Below are positions 9,734 to 17,793 of a DNA stretch of 64,000 bases, in pieces. The stretch comes from a virus. Taxonomy: Duplodnaviria; Caudoviricetes. The position numbers were made by a program, and so were the translations under genes. Every line of letters begins with the position of its first letter. The stretch's first letter is position 1. Under the pieces are notes generated by a model. That model worked only from the letters and a program-made list of their open reading frames with translations. It was not told where the DNA came from and made no database searches. The DNA is taken from the IMG/VR virus record IMGVR_UViG_3300029288_004596, positions 1 to 64,000 of that record, one strand, 5' to 3'.

Positions 9734-10415
9734 GCATAGCTCTTTTTATCTTATTAGCCCATTCATCTATCTGAGATTCAGACAACCCATGATATAAGCT
9801 GGAGTCATGTTCATAGGCTTCTTTATTCCAGTAGGCAGCATATGTGGAGTCCAAAACTCCTTTTCCGGCGGTGGGGTGCATATGTTCTATGATCACATCT
9901 GGAAGATAGTAGGACACATTCCCCACCCTGCCCATCACATCCCTCAATATGAGATCCTGAAAGAGATGGTGAAACTCTTCTCTATGTACCCAACCTAAAG
10001 CCTTTACTAGCTTGGCTCCCATAGCTGGGTGAGTTCCCAGGGTATTGTCATGGTAACCATCGTTGCCATAGACAAAAGCCCAACTATTAGCTTTCTTTAT
10101 AGTCTCTACTATAGTCTTATCCCAGCCTTTGGTTCTGTATCTTATATCGTCTGCGGTAAAGGCCATGCCCACATAGTTATCTATCCTCGACATCACATGT
10201 TCATTTATAGTTCTAGGGGTATTTCTTCTTTCCTCCACTATATAGGTCACATCTTTTTCCACTGGGTATGGGCTTTCGTCATCGCTGTCCAGGACTACTA
10301 TAATGTCTGAGTATCCGAAGGTTGTCTCCCTCCAGGTTTTCAACATCCTAGCCAGTTTATCTGGCCTGCCTCTGGAAGGGCATATCATTAAGAGTTTATC
10401 TATAACTTCACCCAT
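9720..10415 (-). CDS. GT-A (family 2-like) glycosyltransferase
   Basis: ICPSRGRP, VLDSDD, TADD DxD-like motif, IEHMHP. Confidence 0.8.
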   Translation of the reverse strand: MGEVIDKLLMICPSRGRPDKLARMLKTWRETTFGYSDIIVVLDSDDESPYPVEKDVTYIVEERRNTPRTINEHVMSRIDNYVGMAFTADDIRYRTKGWDKTIVETIKKANSWAFVYGNDGYHDNTLGTHPAMGAKLVKALGWVHREEFHHLFQDLILRDVMGRVGNVSYYLPDVIIEHMHPTAGKGVLDSTYAAYWNKEAYEHDSSLYHGLSESQIDEWANKIKRAMHENS

Positions 10416-11068
10416 TTTATCTCCTTAGCCGCCAGTCTAAAGGACTCTGGGGTGCCTATATCCAGGAATCCATGTATAGATCTGTATCCCAGGATATTCT
10501 TATATTCCTGGAGGACCTCCTCCATAGAGTACTTCTTTTTCTCAGGTCTCTTGGTTTTGTTAACTTCCTTAAGCATGGCTATTCCAGCATAAGCTTTGTT
10601 GCCTCCACCCCATCTCACAAAGCCTCTGTTGTTTACGCTCACTAGGGAAGCGGTTGTGCTAGGAGGATCGCATAAAAGCATAGTGGCTTTGACTGAGGAG
10701 TTGTCATGGTAGTCTTCCATTCCCTTGAGGTCTCCAAAGAAATAAGTGTCGCCATTTCCAACCACTACATCTGTGAGACCAAACTTGTCTACCGCTTTCA
10801 TGAGAGCCCCCCCAGTTCCTAAGGGCTCGTCTTCCTCAGAGTATTCTATGTTTATTCCTCTGTAGGAAACTCCCACCATGTCTTTTATAAGCTGAGCCTG
10901 GTAACCTACTGAGAGTATTATGTCTTTAGCCCCATAGTTACTATAGCTCTCTAAGAGATATAGTCCAAAGGGTATTCCATTTATAGGGGCTAGAAACTTT
11001 GGGAGTTCATCTATTTCACTTTTGAGACGGGTTCCAAATCCTCCCGCTAACAGCGTTACTGGTTTCAT
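10400..11068 (-). CDS. hddC: Sugar-1-phosphate nucleotidyltransferase (heptose-1-phosphate guanylyltransferase-like)
   Basis: LAGGFGTRL, PKFLAPING, EPLGTGGAL, NGDTY, FLDIGTPES; single short domain in the same operon as hddA. Confidence 0.75.
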   Translation of the reverse strand: MKPVTLLAGGFGTRLKSEIDELPKFLAPINGIPFGLYLLESYSNYGAKDIILSVGYQAQLIKDMVGVSYRGINIEYSEEDEPLGTGGALMKAVDKFGLTDVVVGNGDTYFFGDLKGMEDYHDNSSVKATMLLCDPPSTTASLVSVNNRGFVRWGGGNKAYAGIAMLKEVNKTKRPEKKKYSMEEVLQEYKNILGYRSIHGFLDIGTPESFRLAAKEIKWVKL

Positions 11069-11076
11069 CTTTTCTC

Positions 11077-12003
11077 CTAGAGGTAGTTGCAGTCCTTATC
11101 TCCAAGCATGGAGTAAGCTTTCATTAGTTGAGTTATACCAAGGTCTAGTCCTCTGCTAGCCATAAATCCCTTGCCCCACAGTTTCTTCGAGGACACAATA
11201 TAGTTTCTCTTGTCTGGGTCTTCCCTTGTGTCATCTGTGGTTATCCTGAAGGATGGGATGCGCTCCTTGACTTTCAGGGCCATATCCAGTTTGGACATGT
11301 TGATAGAGTCGTTTCCCAGGTTATAGACTTCTCCCTTCATAGAGTCGTAGTTGTCTAAGCAGTATGCAAAGCAGTCTGCCACATCCTGTATATGGACATA
11401 GTTTCTCATGAAGTGAGGCTCGAATATGTCCACTCCTCTATTGAAGTAGGCTCTTCTCACAAAGTCATTAACTAATAGGTCTAGTCTCATTCTGGGCGAA
11501 CATCCAAAGACTGTGGCTAACCTCAAGGTTATAGAGTCTGTGGTCATTACAGCTTTTTCTCCAGCAGCCTTTGTTCTTCCATAGTGGGTTATAGGCTCTA
11601 AGGGAGTTTCTTCTGTGCAGTAGAACTCTCCTGTCTGAGTCCCATATCCGCTGTTGGTGTTAGGATATATAAGTTTCTGCTCAGGCTTCTTTCTACTGGC
11701 AATATATTCTATAGTTTCTTTATTGACTCTGGTGGCGTCATCATAATTGGCGTCGCATATCTCCGCTCCAACGTATGCGGCCAGAGGTATAATTGCATCT
11801 GCCTCATCTAATAGGAGATCCAAAGTGTCATGGTTTAGGACGTCCCCTTTTATAAAAGTCAGGTTCTCCTGGTCACATAGGTGGAGGAGGTTCTCTCTGC
11901 CATATCTCTGGATGTCCAGCACAGTCACCTCATGTTTTGGCAGCAGGGTCTTTGTAAGGACTGATCCTATATAGCCAGCCCCTCCTGTTATAAGTACTCG
12001 CAT
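11077..12003 (-). CDS. NAD-dependent epimerase/dehydrogenase, Cj1427/WcaG-like (GDP-heptose C4 oxidoreductase-like)
   Basis: ITGGAGYIGS, IIPLAA, YPNTNSGYG, YGRTK, RLATVFGxSPRMRLDLLVNDF, EDPDKRNY. Confidence 0.85.
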   Translation of the reverse strand: MRVLITGGAGYIGSVLTKTLLPKHEVTVLDIQRYGRENLLHLCDQENLTFIKGDVLNHDTLDLLLDEADAIIPLAAYVGAEICDANYDDATRVNKETIEYIASRKKPEQKLIYPNTNSGYGTQTGEFYCTEETPLEPITHYGRTKAAGEKAVMTTDSITLRLATVFGCSPRMRLDLLVNDFVRRAYFNRGVDIFEPHFMRNYVHIQDVADCFAYCLDNYDSMKGEVYNLGNDSINMSKLDMALKVKERIPSFRITTDDTREDPDKRNYIVSSKKLWGKGFMASRGLDLGITQLMKAYSMLGDKDCNYL

Positions 12004-12377
12004 AGACCTCTATTCCTTTCTGGGGATACCCCTGTAGCCATGGGCTCAACGCCCTTAGGCTTCTTATCATTTACCACTATTCTAGGACCTCTTCCAAGAC
12101 CCATGATGAGCAGGTCATATTCTATCCCATAGTGTTTCAGCATTCTTTCAGTGTCAGCTCTGGCTGATTCTTTTCTCCCAGTGGTCACTATGATTGTGTA
12201 ACAGTCCTCCGCGTACTTAGCCAGGAACTCCTTCACTCCAGGCAATAACTTGGGCCATACAGTCTGGTAAGCGCAGTCATGGAGAATTTGAGTCCCATGG
12301 ATCTGGGTCTCCATGTCTCCTGTGTGTTCTATGATGGTGCCGTCTATGTCTATGAATATAGTCCCTGGATAGCTCAC
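11988..12377 (-). CDS. Small capless HAD-family phosphatase
   Basis: IFIDIDGT motif I, VTTGR motif II, YDLLIMG, VNDK. Confidence 0.8.
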   Translation of the reverse strand: MSYPGTIFIDIDGTIIEHTGDMETQIHGTQILHDCAYQTVWPKLLPGVKEFLAKYAEDCYTIIVTTGRKESARADTERMLKHYGIEYDLLIMGLGRGPRIVVNDKKPKGVEPMATGVSPERNRGLCEYL

Positions 12378-12967
12378 TCAACAATACCTCTTAGGAGGTT
12401 TTTGCCAACCTCGCTGGCCGAACTCACCCTTATAAGTTTCTCGGGGTTAAACTTCCTAGCTGCTAGTTCCCCGAAGTTGGTGCCTTCTATGACAATACAC
12501 TCCTCAGGTTTTATCCCAAGGAGCGTGGCTGTCTTTGTATATAGTTCTGTTCTAGGGGTTGCCTGGTCCCTGCCAGTTATTGTATTTATGTATAGTCCCA
12601 AGTCCATCCTGTCTATGATCATCTCCACTATGTGGGCGCTGATCTCTGAACATACCCCTATCTTCCTGGCGTACAGGGCTAAGGCGCTAAGCAGGGTAGT
12701 TTTCCTGGGATCCACTTCTATCTTGTCTATCTCTGAGAGGATACACTCCTCTATCAGCCTGTAGGTCCTGTCCTTATCCAGTTCAGCTATGTTACATAGA
12801 ACATCTAGTCTGTACTGCAGACTAAACTGCCCAAGGTCTTCTCGGGTATATATCTCTATGAGTTCTGGATGACCCCTCTTAGTCAGAGTCTTGCAGATAG
12901 CGGAGTCATATAAGTCATCGGTGTTAACGATGACATTTTCTAGTCCAAAAATTACGCCCTTGTTCAT
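12374..12967 (-). CDS. HAD-fold protein (beta-PGM/CbbY-like) with degenerate catalytic motifs
   Basis: VIFGLENVIVNT in place of IFDxDGV, LGIKPEECIVIEG in place of ED; overall HAD-IA layout. Confidence 0.7.
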   Translation of the reverse strand: MNKGVIFGLENVIVNTDDLYDSAICKTLTKRGHPELIEIYTREDLGQFSLQYRLDVLCNIAELDKDRTYRLIEECILSEIDKIEVDPRKTTLLSALALYARKIGVCSEISAHIVEMIIDRMDLGLYINTITGRDQATPRTELYTKTATLLGIKPEECIVIEGTNFGELAARKFNPEKLIRVSSASEVGKNLLRGIVE

Positions 12968-13023
12968 TTATCACCCACAAAAAATAGGCTGGCGAAGGCC
13001 AACCTATTATAAATAATATCCAT
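12964..13023 (-). CDS. Putative 19-aa leader peptide MDIIYNRLAFASLFFVGDK
   Basis: GGAGG SD 8 nt upstream of ATG 13023; its TGA overlaps the ATG of the next gene; it reads through the hairpin at 12979-13008. Confidence 0.45.
   Translation of the reverse strand: MDIIYNRLAFASLFFVGDK
12979..13008 (-). terminator. Intrinsic terminator-like hairpin at the head of the sugar operon
   Basis: AATAGGTTGGC-CTTC-GCCAGCCTATT followed by a T run on the minus strand. Confidence 0.7.
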
Positions 13024-13037
13024 ATGGTTGTCCTCCA

Positions 13038-13051
13038 CTTATATTATAGAA
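13038..13051 (-). promoter_or_regulatory. Candidate promoter (CTATAATATA core) for the sugar operon
   Basis: TATAAT at 13048-13043; the 10-nt core is shared with sites at 18.86, 46.31 and 54.95 kb. Confidence 0.55.
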
Positions 13052-13089
13052 TAGTAGACAACTTTTTCTCTGCTAGTGTGTAGGAGAAC

Positions 13090-13119
13090 AAAAAAAAGAG
13101 CTAGGTTAATACCTAGCTC
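13090..13119 (-). terminator. Intrinsic terminator after rmlB
   Basis: Perfect GAGCTAGG/CCTAGCTC stem, 6-nt loop, T8 tail on the minus strand. Confidence 0.85.
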
Positions 13120-13164
13120 GATTACAGAGAGACTGCATGGTCTATGAACAGTATAGCACAGGCG

Positions 13165-14121
13165 TTAGTTCAGGTAAATCCATCTCTCTCTATGGTCTCT
13201 ATACCAATTTACAGTCTCTATCAGTCCATCCTGGAAGTTCCACTTCCTTGTCCATCCTAGCTTCTCAGTCTTGGAAGGATCCATGCTATACCTATAGTCA
13301 TGGCCTGGTCTGTCTGTCACGTATGAGATTAAAAGCTCTGGTTTTCTCAGTATCCTGAGTATATTCCTAACCAGGTCTATCCCAGTTATCTGTTCTCTGG
13401 CTCCGAGATTGTATATGCCTCCAGGAGTTCCCTTCTCTAAGACTAGGTCTATGCCAGAGACATGGTCTTCCACATGCATATAGTCCCTTACAGCTTTCCC
13501 ATTTCCATATAAAGGAATAGGCTCATCTCTTAGAGCTTTTATAGTGAATACTGGGATGGCTTTCTCTGGATACTGATAAGGGCCATAGGTGTTGGAGCCT
13601 CTGGTTATCACAGTGTCCATCCCATAGCTGTTGTGGTAACTCATCACAAAGTGTTCTGCCGCAGCCTTACTGGCTGAGTATGGATTCCTGGGGCCATAGT
13701 TGCTGGTCTCTATGGAATGATATGTCGAGTCCAGAAGTTCTGAATACACTTCGTCAGTTGAAACCTGGAGGAACCTCTTTACCCCTATTCTCTTGGCTTC
13801 ATCTAGGAGAGTGACTACTCCTTCTATGTTGCTTCTGATAAAAGGCTTGCAGTTTCCCAGGGCTCTATCCACATGACTTTCCGCCGCGAAGTTTACCACT
13901 GTGTCGCATCCTTGCATGGCTTCTCTCACATCTGTAGGTTCAGCTATATTCCCTGGAAAGAAAGTTACTTTCTCACGAAGACCTTCCAAGTTCTCCAGCT
14001 TCCCAGCATATGTCAGGGAGTCTATCACTGTTATCTGCCAGTCAGGGTGGCGCTTGACTGCCCACCTGACATAGTTGGAACCTATGAATCCAGCTCCTCC
14101 AGTAACTAGTATCTTTCTCAT
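13165..14121 (-). CDS. rfbB: dTDP-glucose 4,6-dehydratase
   Basis: LVTGGAGFIGSN, DSLTYAG, NFAAESHVDR, STDEVY, PYSASKA, YGPYQYPEK, DRPGHDYRY. Confidence 0.95.
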   Translation of the reverse strand: MRKILVTGGAGFIGSNYVRWAVKRHPDWQITVIDSLTYAGKLENLEGLREKVTFFPGNIAEPTDVREAMQGCDTVVNFAAESHVDRALGNCKPFIRSNIEGVVTLLDEAKRIGVKRFLQVSTDEVYSELLDSTYHSIETSNYGPRNPYSASKAAAEHFVMSYHNSYGMDTVITRGSNTYGPYQYPEKAIPVFTIKALRDEPIPLYGNGKAVRDYMHVEDHVSGIDLVLEKGTPGGIYNLGAREQITGIDLVRNILRILRKPELLISYVTDRPGHDYRYSMDPSKTEKLGWTRKWNFQDGLIETVNWYRDHRERWIYLN

Positions 14122-14345
14122 TCAATTACCCATCCAGTCTGAGCTGAGAGGAAGCCCCCGAAGATTTCCTCGAGAGCTTCTTTAGAACCTTTTTTAGTAC
14201 ACCTGTACTTGGTGGGGGCATTTCTTATTCCACACACATCCTGAGTCACATTAGCCCCTATGCCATTTTCATAGAGCACTATAGCGTAGCTTCCCCTGAA
14301 CTCTTCTACAGTCCATAGTCTGTTAAACTTATCTCGGGCTCTCAA
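14118..14345 (-). CDS. Hypothetical protein
   Basis: 75-aa ORF overlapping both neighbours, ATGA-coupled to rmlB. Confidence 0.55.
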   Translation of the reverse strand: MRARDKFNRLWTVEEFRGSYAIVLYENGIGANVTQDVCGIRNAPTKYRCTKKGSKEALEEIFGGFLSAQTGWVIE

Positions 14346-15300
14346 CTGGCGCCACCCCCTGGTATATTATTTTATTCCAGTGGTCTTGCCAGGTTGGGGT
14401 AGCCTCCTCTAGTTTACAAATGTCTGGAGTGTGGTAGAAGAATACTGTGCCTGAGAATGAGGAGACCTTAGATTTCACTATGGCCAGCTCTAGCACTGGC
14501 ATCATTTCCCCATCCTTAGGCCACCATATCTTGGCCGCAGTGTAGTTAGACTTGTAGTCTGAGTAGATAGAACCTATGATCTTGGCGTCAAATATAGACT
14601 GCCCAGATCCTTTTATAGCCTCTATCTCCAGTCCTCTGTATTTGAATCCTTTAGTGGTGTGAGTGGATATGAATATAGTCACTCCCAGCTGCTCAGTTAT
14701 CCTTTTAAGAGTGGAGGATATTAAGATGTCCTTGTCATTTCTTTCCATCCTTCCATCCACCAGGATATTGTGAAACCCGTCTATGCAGACTATAAGTTTC
14801 TTATCAGGTTCCTCTTCCTTTATTTCTCTGATGGTGTTCTCTATAACATCCAGGTATGCCATGCTCTTTCCTCGTTTGTCACAGTCTCCTCCATCCTTGA
14901 TCTCCATGTGAGGAAATATCTTTTCTCCCAGGTACTGTTCCCCCAAGTATCTCTTCTTTAGTTCTTCCTCTGATAAGTTCTTTCCCAGCTTTAAGTCATT
15001 TATGGGAATGTGAGTGGCGTTAGCCAGCATGTTGGTGTATCTGGTCTCCCTGTCATCATCTAAGGAGAAGTCTAAAACGAAACTGTCTTTGGTGTTCTCT
15101 ATGATCTTCATGGCCACACAGATCATAAAGGTGCTCTTTCCCCTATTGGCTTGTCCTGGGATCATGAATACCCCGTACTTTAGTCCTCCTATGGCCTTGT
15201 CCAGATAAGACCACCCTGTTGTTATATATTGCTCCTTCGTTTCCATCTGTTCCAGGAATACATCCTGAGCTAAGAGTCTTTGATTCCTAATCACACCCAT
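14329..15300 (-). CDS. dnaB: DnaB-like (SF4) replicative helicase, C-terminal RecA-like domain
   Basis: ITTGWSYLDKAIGGL, Walker A GQANRGKST, FSLDD, Walker B VCIDGFH, IKGSGQS, KSK. Confidence 0.85.
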   Translation of the reverse strand: MGVIRNQRLLAQDVFLEQMETKEQYITTGWSYLDKAIGGLKYGVFMIPGQANRGKSTFMICVAMKIIENTKDSFVLDFSLDDDRETRYTNMLANATHIPINDLKLGKNLSEEELKKRYLGEQYLGEKIFPHMEIKDGGDCDKRGKSMAYLDVIENTIREIKEEEPDKKLIVCIDGFHNILVDGRMERNDKDILISSTLKRITEQLGVTIFISTHTTKGFKYRGLEIEAIKGSGQSIFDAKIIGSIYSDYKSNYTAAKIWWPKDGEMMPVLELAIVKSKVSSFSGTVFFYHTPDICKLEEATPTWQDHWNKIIYQGVAPVESPR

Positions 15301-15941
15301 CTATTGGAGCCCCCCTGTATTATGTCTTGCGCTTCTTCCAGTTTATTTTCTAAATTGAATGGGGATGTTACTCTTTCGCCAGCGCTCAGGTCTATAGCAT
15401 ACAGTATAGCGTCCAGGCTGACAGACTTTAGCAAGTGGTTGAACTGCCCTATGACCGACCCTGGGTTTACAGGGAATTCTTTTCCTAAGCTTTTGGTGTA
15501 GTAGTCTATGAGGTCTTTCATGGTGAACTTGGGGATTGGTTCGTAGATCATATCTTTGGTGAGGTCTTCTGGTATTTCAATCCTCAACAGTTTTCTATGG
15601 GAGAACACCGCTCTCTTTACAAGGTTGTCCTGCAACTTTAAGGTGGCGTCGTCTCCATTCACTAGCTCATTAACACTCTGGTAGTGCTTTCCAGTGCCAG
15701 GGTTGATGGCTAATCCATCCTGGTCTCTGTGTCTCATGGCGCACATGCACCTGTCTATAAAAGTGGATCGTCTCCCAGAATCCAGTTTCTTAAGTTCATC
15801 TAGAGCCTCCTTGTAGAACTTAGATTCTTTGTATCCTGGCCTCATGTTCTTGGTTTCAGGGTTTAGTATCCCTTCTTTTATAGCTCTTCCAGCGCCTGCC
15901 GTTTCCATAAATCTTCTTACGCTTATATCAAACGTGCTCAT
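15291..15941 (-). CDS. Hypothetical protein, possibly helicase-associated (loader/initiator-like C-terminus)
   Basis: 216 aa overlapping the dnaB start; helical C-terminal LDAILYAID segment; function inferred from position only. Confidence 0.55.
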   Translation of the reverse strand: MSTFDISVRRFMETAGAGRAIKEGILNPETKNMRPGYKESKFYKEALDELKKLDSGRRSTFIDRCMCAMRHRDQDGLAINPGTGKHYQSVNELVNGDDATLKLQDNLVKRAVFSHRKLLRIEIPEDLTKDMIYEPIPKFTMKDLIDYYTKSLGKEFPVNPGSVIGQFNHLLKSVSLDAILYAIDLSAGERVTSPFNLENKLEEAQDIIQGGSNRWV

Positions 15942-15947
15942 AGTATA

Positions 15948-15958
15948 ATTATATCACA
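15948..15958 (-). promoter_or_regulatory. Extended -10 promoter (TGTGATATAAT), probably leaderless transcript
   Basis: TRTGn-TATAAT ends 6 nt before ATG 15941; no SD. Confidence 0.6.
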
Positions 15959-15961
15959 GCC

Positions 15962-15991
15962 AAAAAAAGGGCGCCACAAAAATGACGCCCT
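15962..15991 (-). terminator. Intrinsic terminator after the putative holin
   Basis: GGGCGTCA/TGGCGCCC stem followed by T7 on the minus strand. Confidence 0.8.
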
Positions 15992-16006
15992 GTTTCCCTA
16001 TGGTTT

Positions 16007-16324
16007 CTAGAGTTTTAACTGTTTAAAGAAGTACTCCACAAGTCTGTTGGCTACAGAGGTTGGGAGTTTGACTTCCAGTTTTTCCATTGAAAGGGTCTGC
16101 AGTTCTTTCACAACCCAGGCTCTCTTTTCCTCTGGGCTTTTGTCTCCTAATTCCGCGGCCAGTAAGAGAAGATTTCTGACTGCATCTTTGCCTCCTAGTT
16201 TCCTTAACCAGGTCCATGATTCCCAGTCAAGAGAAGGCCAGAATCTTCCCACTAGAGCGGCTAGAAGACTAGCCACAAAGGCTATAGTTTCCCAGTTAAT
16301 CCTTGCCCATTCTATGTATTCCAT
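16007..16324 (-). CDS. Putative holin (LL-H-like) / small membrane protein
   Basis: One N-terminal TM helix followed by AAELGDKSPEEKRAWV...LVE pattern resembling LL-H holins. Confidence 0.5.
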   Translation of the reverse strand: MEYIEWARINWETIAFVASLLAALVGRFWPSLDWESWTWLRKLGGKDAVRNLLLLAAELGDKSPEEKRAWVVKELQTLSMEKLEVKLPTSVANRLVEYFFKQLKL

Positions 16325-16333
16325 TTCTTCTCC

Positions 16334-16798
16334 TTAAAAGGTGGTGACCAGTCCAAAACCCCAGCCATCTCCAGTTGTTGAGTTTCTTATATCCGTGTAG
16401 TACACTTGCAAATACTGGTCAGAGGTTACTCTTATCTGACCTTCAAGGAAAGCGCCTGGCTCTGTGAATTTATTGACTCCATCCTTGACTGTGTAGATGC
16501 CGAGACCTCCGCCCACTCTCAGTCCTAGAGCAGGATCCCCAAGGTTTATATACTTTCCAACGCTGAGTCCATATCTCTGATAGAGAGTCTTCTGATTAAG
16601 AGCGTCAAAGGACACTGAGGCTTCCACCCTGGATAGGGTTGTAGTCCATGTGTCTGATGCTAGTTCCTTGGTAGCTACTGTGTTCACTACCGCTTCTTGA
16701 GTAGTCACTCCCTTGGGAGTGAATATCCCAAGAACTACGTTGTCTGCGCTGACAGTTGTGGCTAACAGCAACGCCAGCAAGATTGCAAATACTTTCAA
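16334..16798 (-). CDS. Secreted small outer-membrane beta-barrel-like protein
   Basis: Signal peptide MKVFAILLALLLATTVSA, amphipathic beta strands, C-terminal GWGFGLVTTF ending in Phe; GGAGG SD with TTG start. Confidence 0.6.
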   Translation of the reverse strand: MKVFAILLALLLATTVSADNVVLGIFTPKGVTTQEAVVNTVATKELASDTWTTTLSRVEASVSFDALNQKTLYQRYGLSVGKYINLGDPALGLRVGGGLGIYTVKDGVNKFTEPGAFLEGQIRVTSDQYLQVYYTDIRNSTTGDGWGFGLVTTF

Positions 16799-16819
16799 TG
16801 TTACCTCCGTAATGTTTAG

Positions 16820-16951
16820 TTAGTCCTCCACTATGTAAGTTAGGGTTTCGTTTCCGCAGACAGGACAAGAGTCATTGTCTGGGTCGTTCTCAAAGGTCTC
16901 TGACACTAAACCTTCCCATCCACAGTCTTCGCAGATGACTTCTGGGTCCAT
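16820..16951 (-). CDS. 43-aa acidic zinc-ribbon protein MDPEVICEDCGWEGLVSETFENDPDNDSCPVCGNETLTYIVED (absent from ORF track)
   Basis: Hand translation; CxxC...CxxC; GGAG SD; overlaps the 3' end of rmlA and fills the gap to the next gene. Confidence 0.7.
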   Translation of the reverse strand: MDPEVICEDCGWEGLVSETFENDPDNDSCPVCGNETLTYIVED

Positions 16952-17793
16952 ACAGGATCTCCTGTTCTTCTCAGAGCCTCCCCATACTGAGATTTGATAT
17001 TTTTTATGAGTTCTTTAAACTGAGCGGTGGTTATGTATCCTTCCCTCCAGGCTACTTCTTCTGGAGCGGACACTAATAGTCCTTGTCTTTTCTCTATGGT
17101 CCTCACATACTCTGAGGCTTCCAGCAGATCATCAAAGTTGCCTGTGTCAAACCAGGCTATTCCTCTTCCCAGAGTCTTTATGGTGGCCGACTCCTCAAGG
17201 TACTTATTATTAAGGTCTGTTATTTCCAGCTCTCCTCTGGGAGAAGGCTCTAGAGACTTGGCTATCTCAGAAGCGTTCTCATCGTAGAAGTACAGTCCTA
17301 TGATAGCTAGGTTGCTCTTGGGTTCTGAGGGTTTCTCCACTATCTTGCCATCTGATAGGATGCCATATAATTCAGGATGATCTATTGGGGTCACAAATAA
17401 AGTGGTGGAGTCTGAGTTGTTGGCTTCTTTAAGCAGTCTTCTCAGGTTCCCTCCAAAGAGAATGTTGTCTCCCAGCATGAGAGCGCAGGGAGAACCATCA
17501 AGGTAGTTTTCAGCTATTATAAGAGCCTGGGCTATTCCCTTAGGTTCCATCTGTATCTCATAGTCTATGGATATGCCCCACTGGGAGCCGTCTCCCAAGA
17601 GATGCCTGAAGCTCTCTTCGTATTCAGGAGTGGAGATGATAAGGAAGTCCCTTATCCCAGCCATCATCAAAGTCGAGAGCGGGTAGTAGATAGTGGGCTT
17701 ATTGTATACGGGAATTAATTGTTTGCTGAGAACTGCGGTGATGGGTCTCAGTCTGGTTCCAAGCCCACCAGCTAGGAGTATTCCTTTTCTCAT
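16906..17793 (-). CDS. rfbA: Glucose-1-phosphate thymidylyltransferase
   Basis: GILLAGGLGTRLRPIT, SKQLIPVYNKP, LGDN, EKP, PSPRGELEIT, GRGIAWFDTG. Confidence 0.95.
   Translation of the reverse strand: MRKGILLAGGLGTRLRPITAVLSKQLIPVYNKPTIYYPLSTLMMAGIRDFLIISTPEYEESFRHLLGDGSQWGISIDYEIQMEPKGIAQALIIAENYLDGSPCALMLGDNILFGGNLRRLLKEANNSDSTTLFVTPIDHPELYGILSDGKIVEKPSEPKSNLAIIGLYFYDENASEIAKSLEPSPRGELEITDLNNKYLEESATIKTLGRGIAWFDTGNFDDLLEASEYVRTIEKRQGLLVSAPEEVAWREGYITTAQFKELIKNIKSQYGEALRRTGDPVWTQKSSAKTVDGKV

Noticed and set aside
3427-10415. GTs as DNA hypermodification enzymes
   Set aside because: No base hydroxymethylase, TET/JBP or similar gene is in the window, and the number and variety of GTs suit an oligosaccharide. 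Downgraded, not excluded.
56-14121. Reading the sugar cluster as a bacterial capsule or O-antigen locus beside a prophage
   Set aside because: Strand, codon style, gene overlaps and promoter motif match the phage genes; there is no integrase, att-like boundary or export gene; rml genes are interleaved with the phage helicase. Not fully excluded without the flanks.
16605-16868. 87-aa minus-strand ORF, and similar nested minus-strand ORFs at 16023, 25511, 28942, 31945 and 48109
   Set aside because: They are out-of-frame overlaps of better-supported genes.
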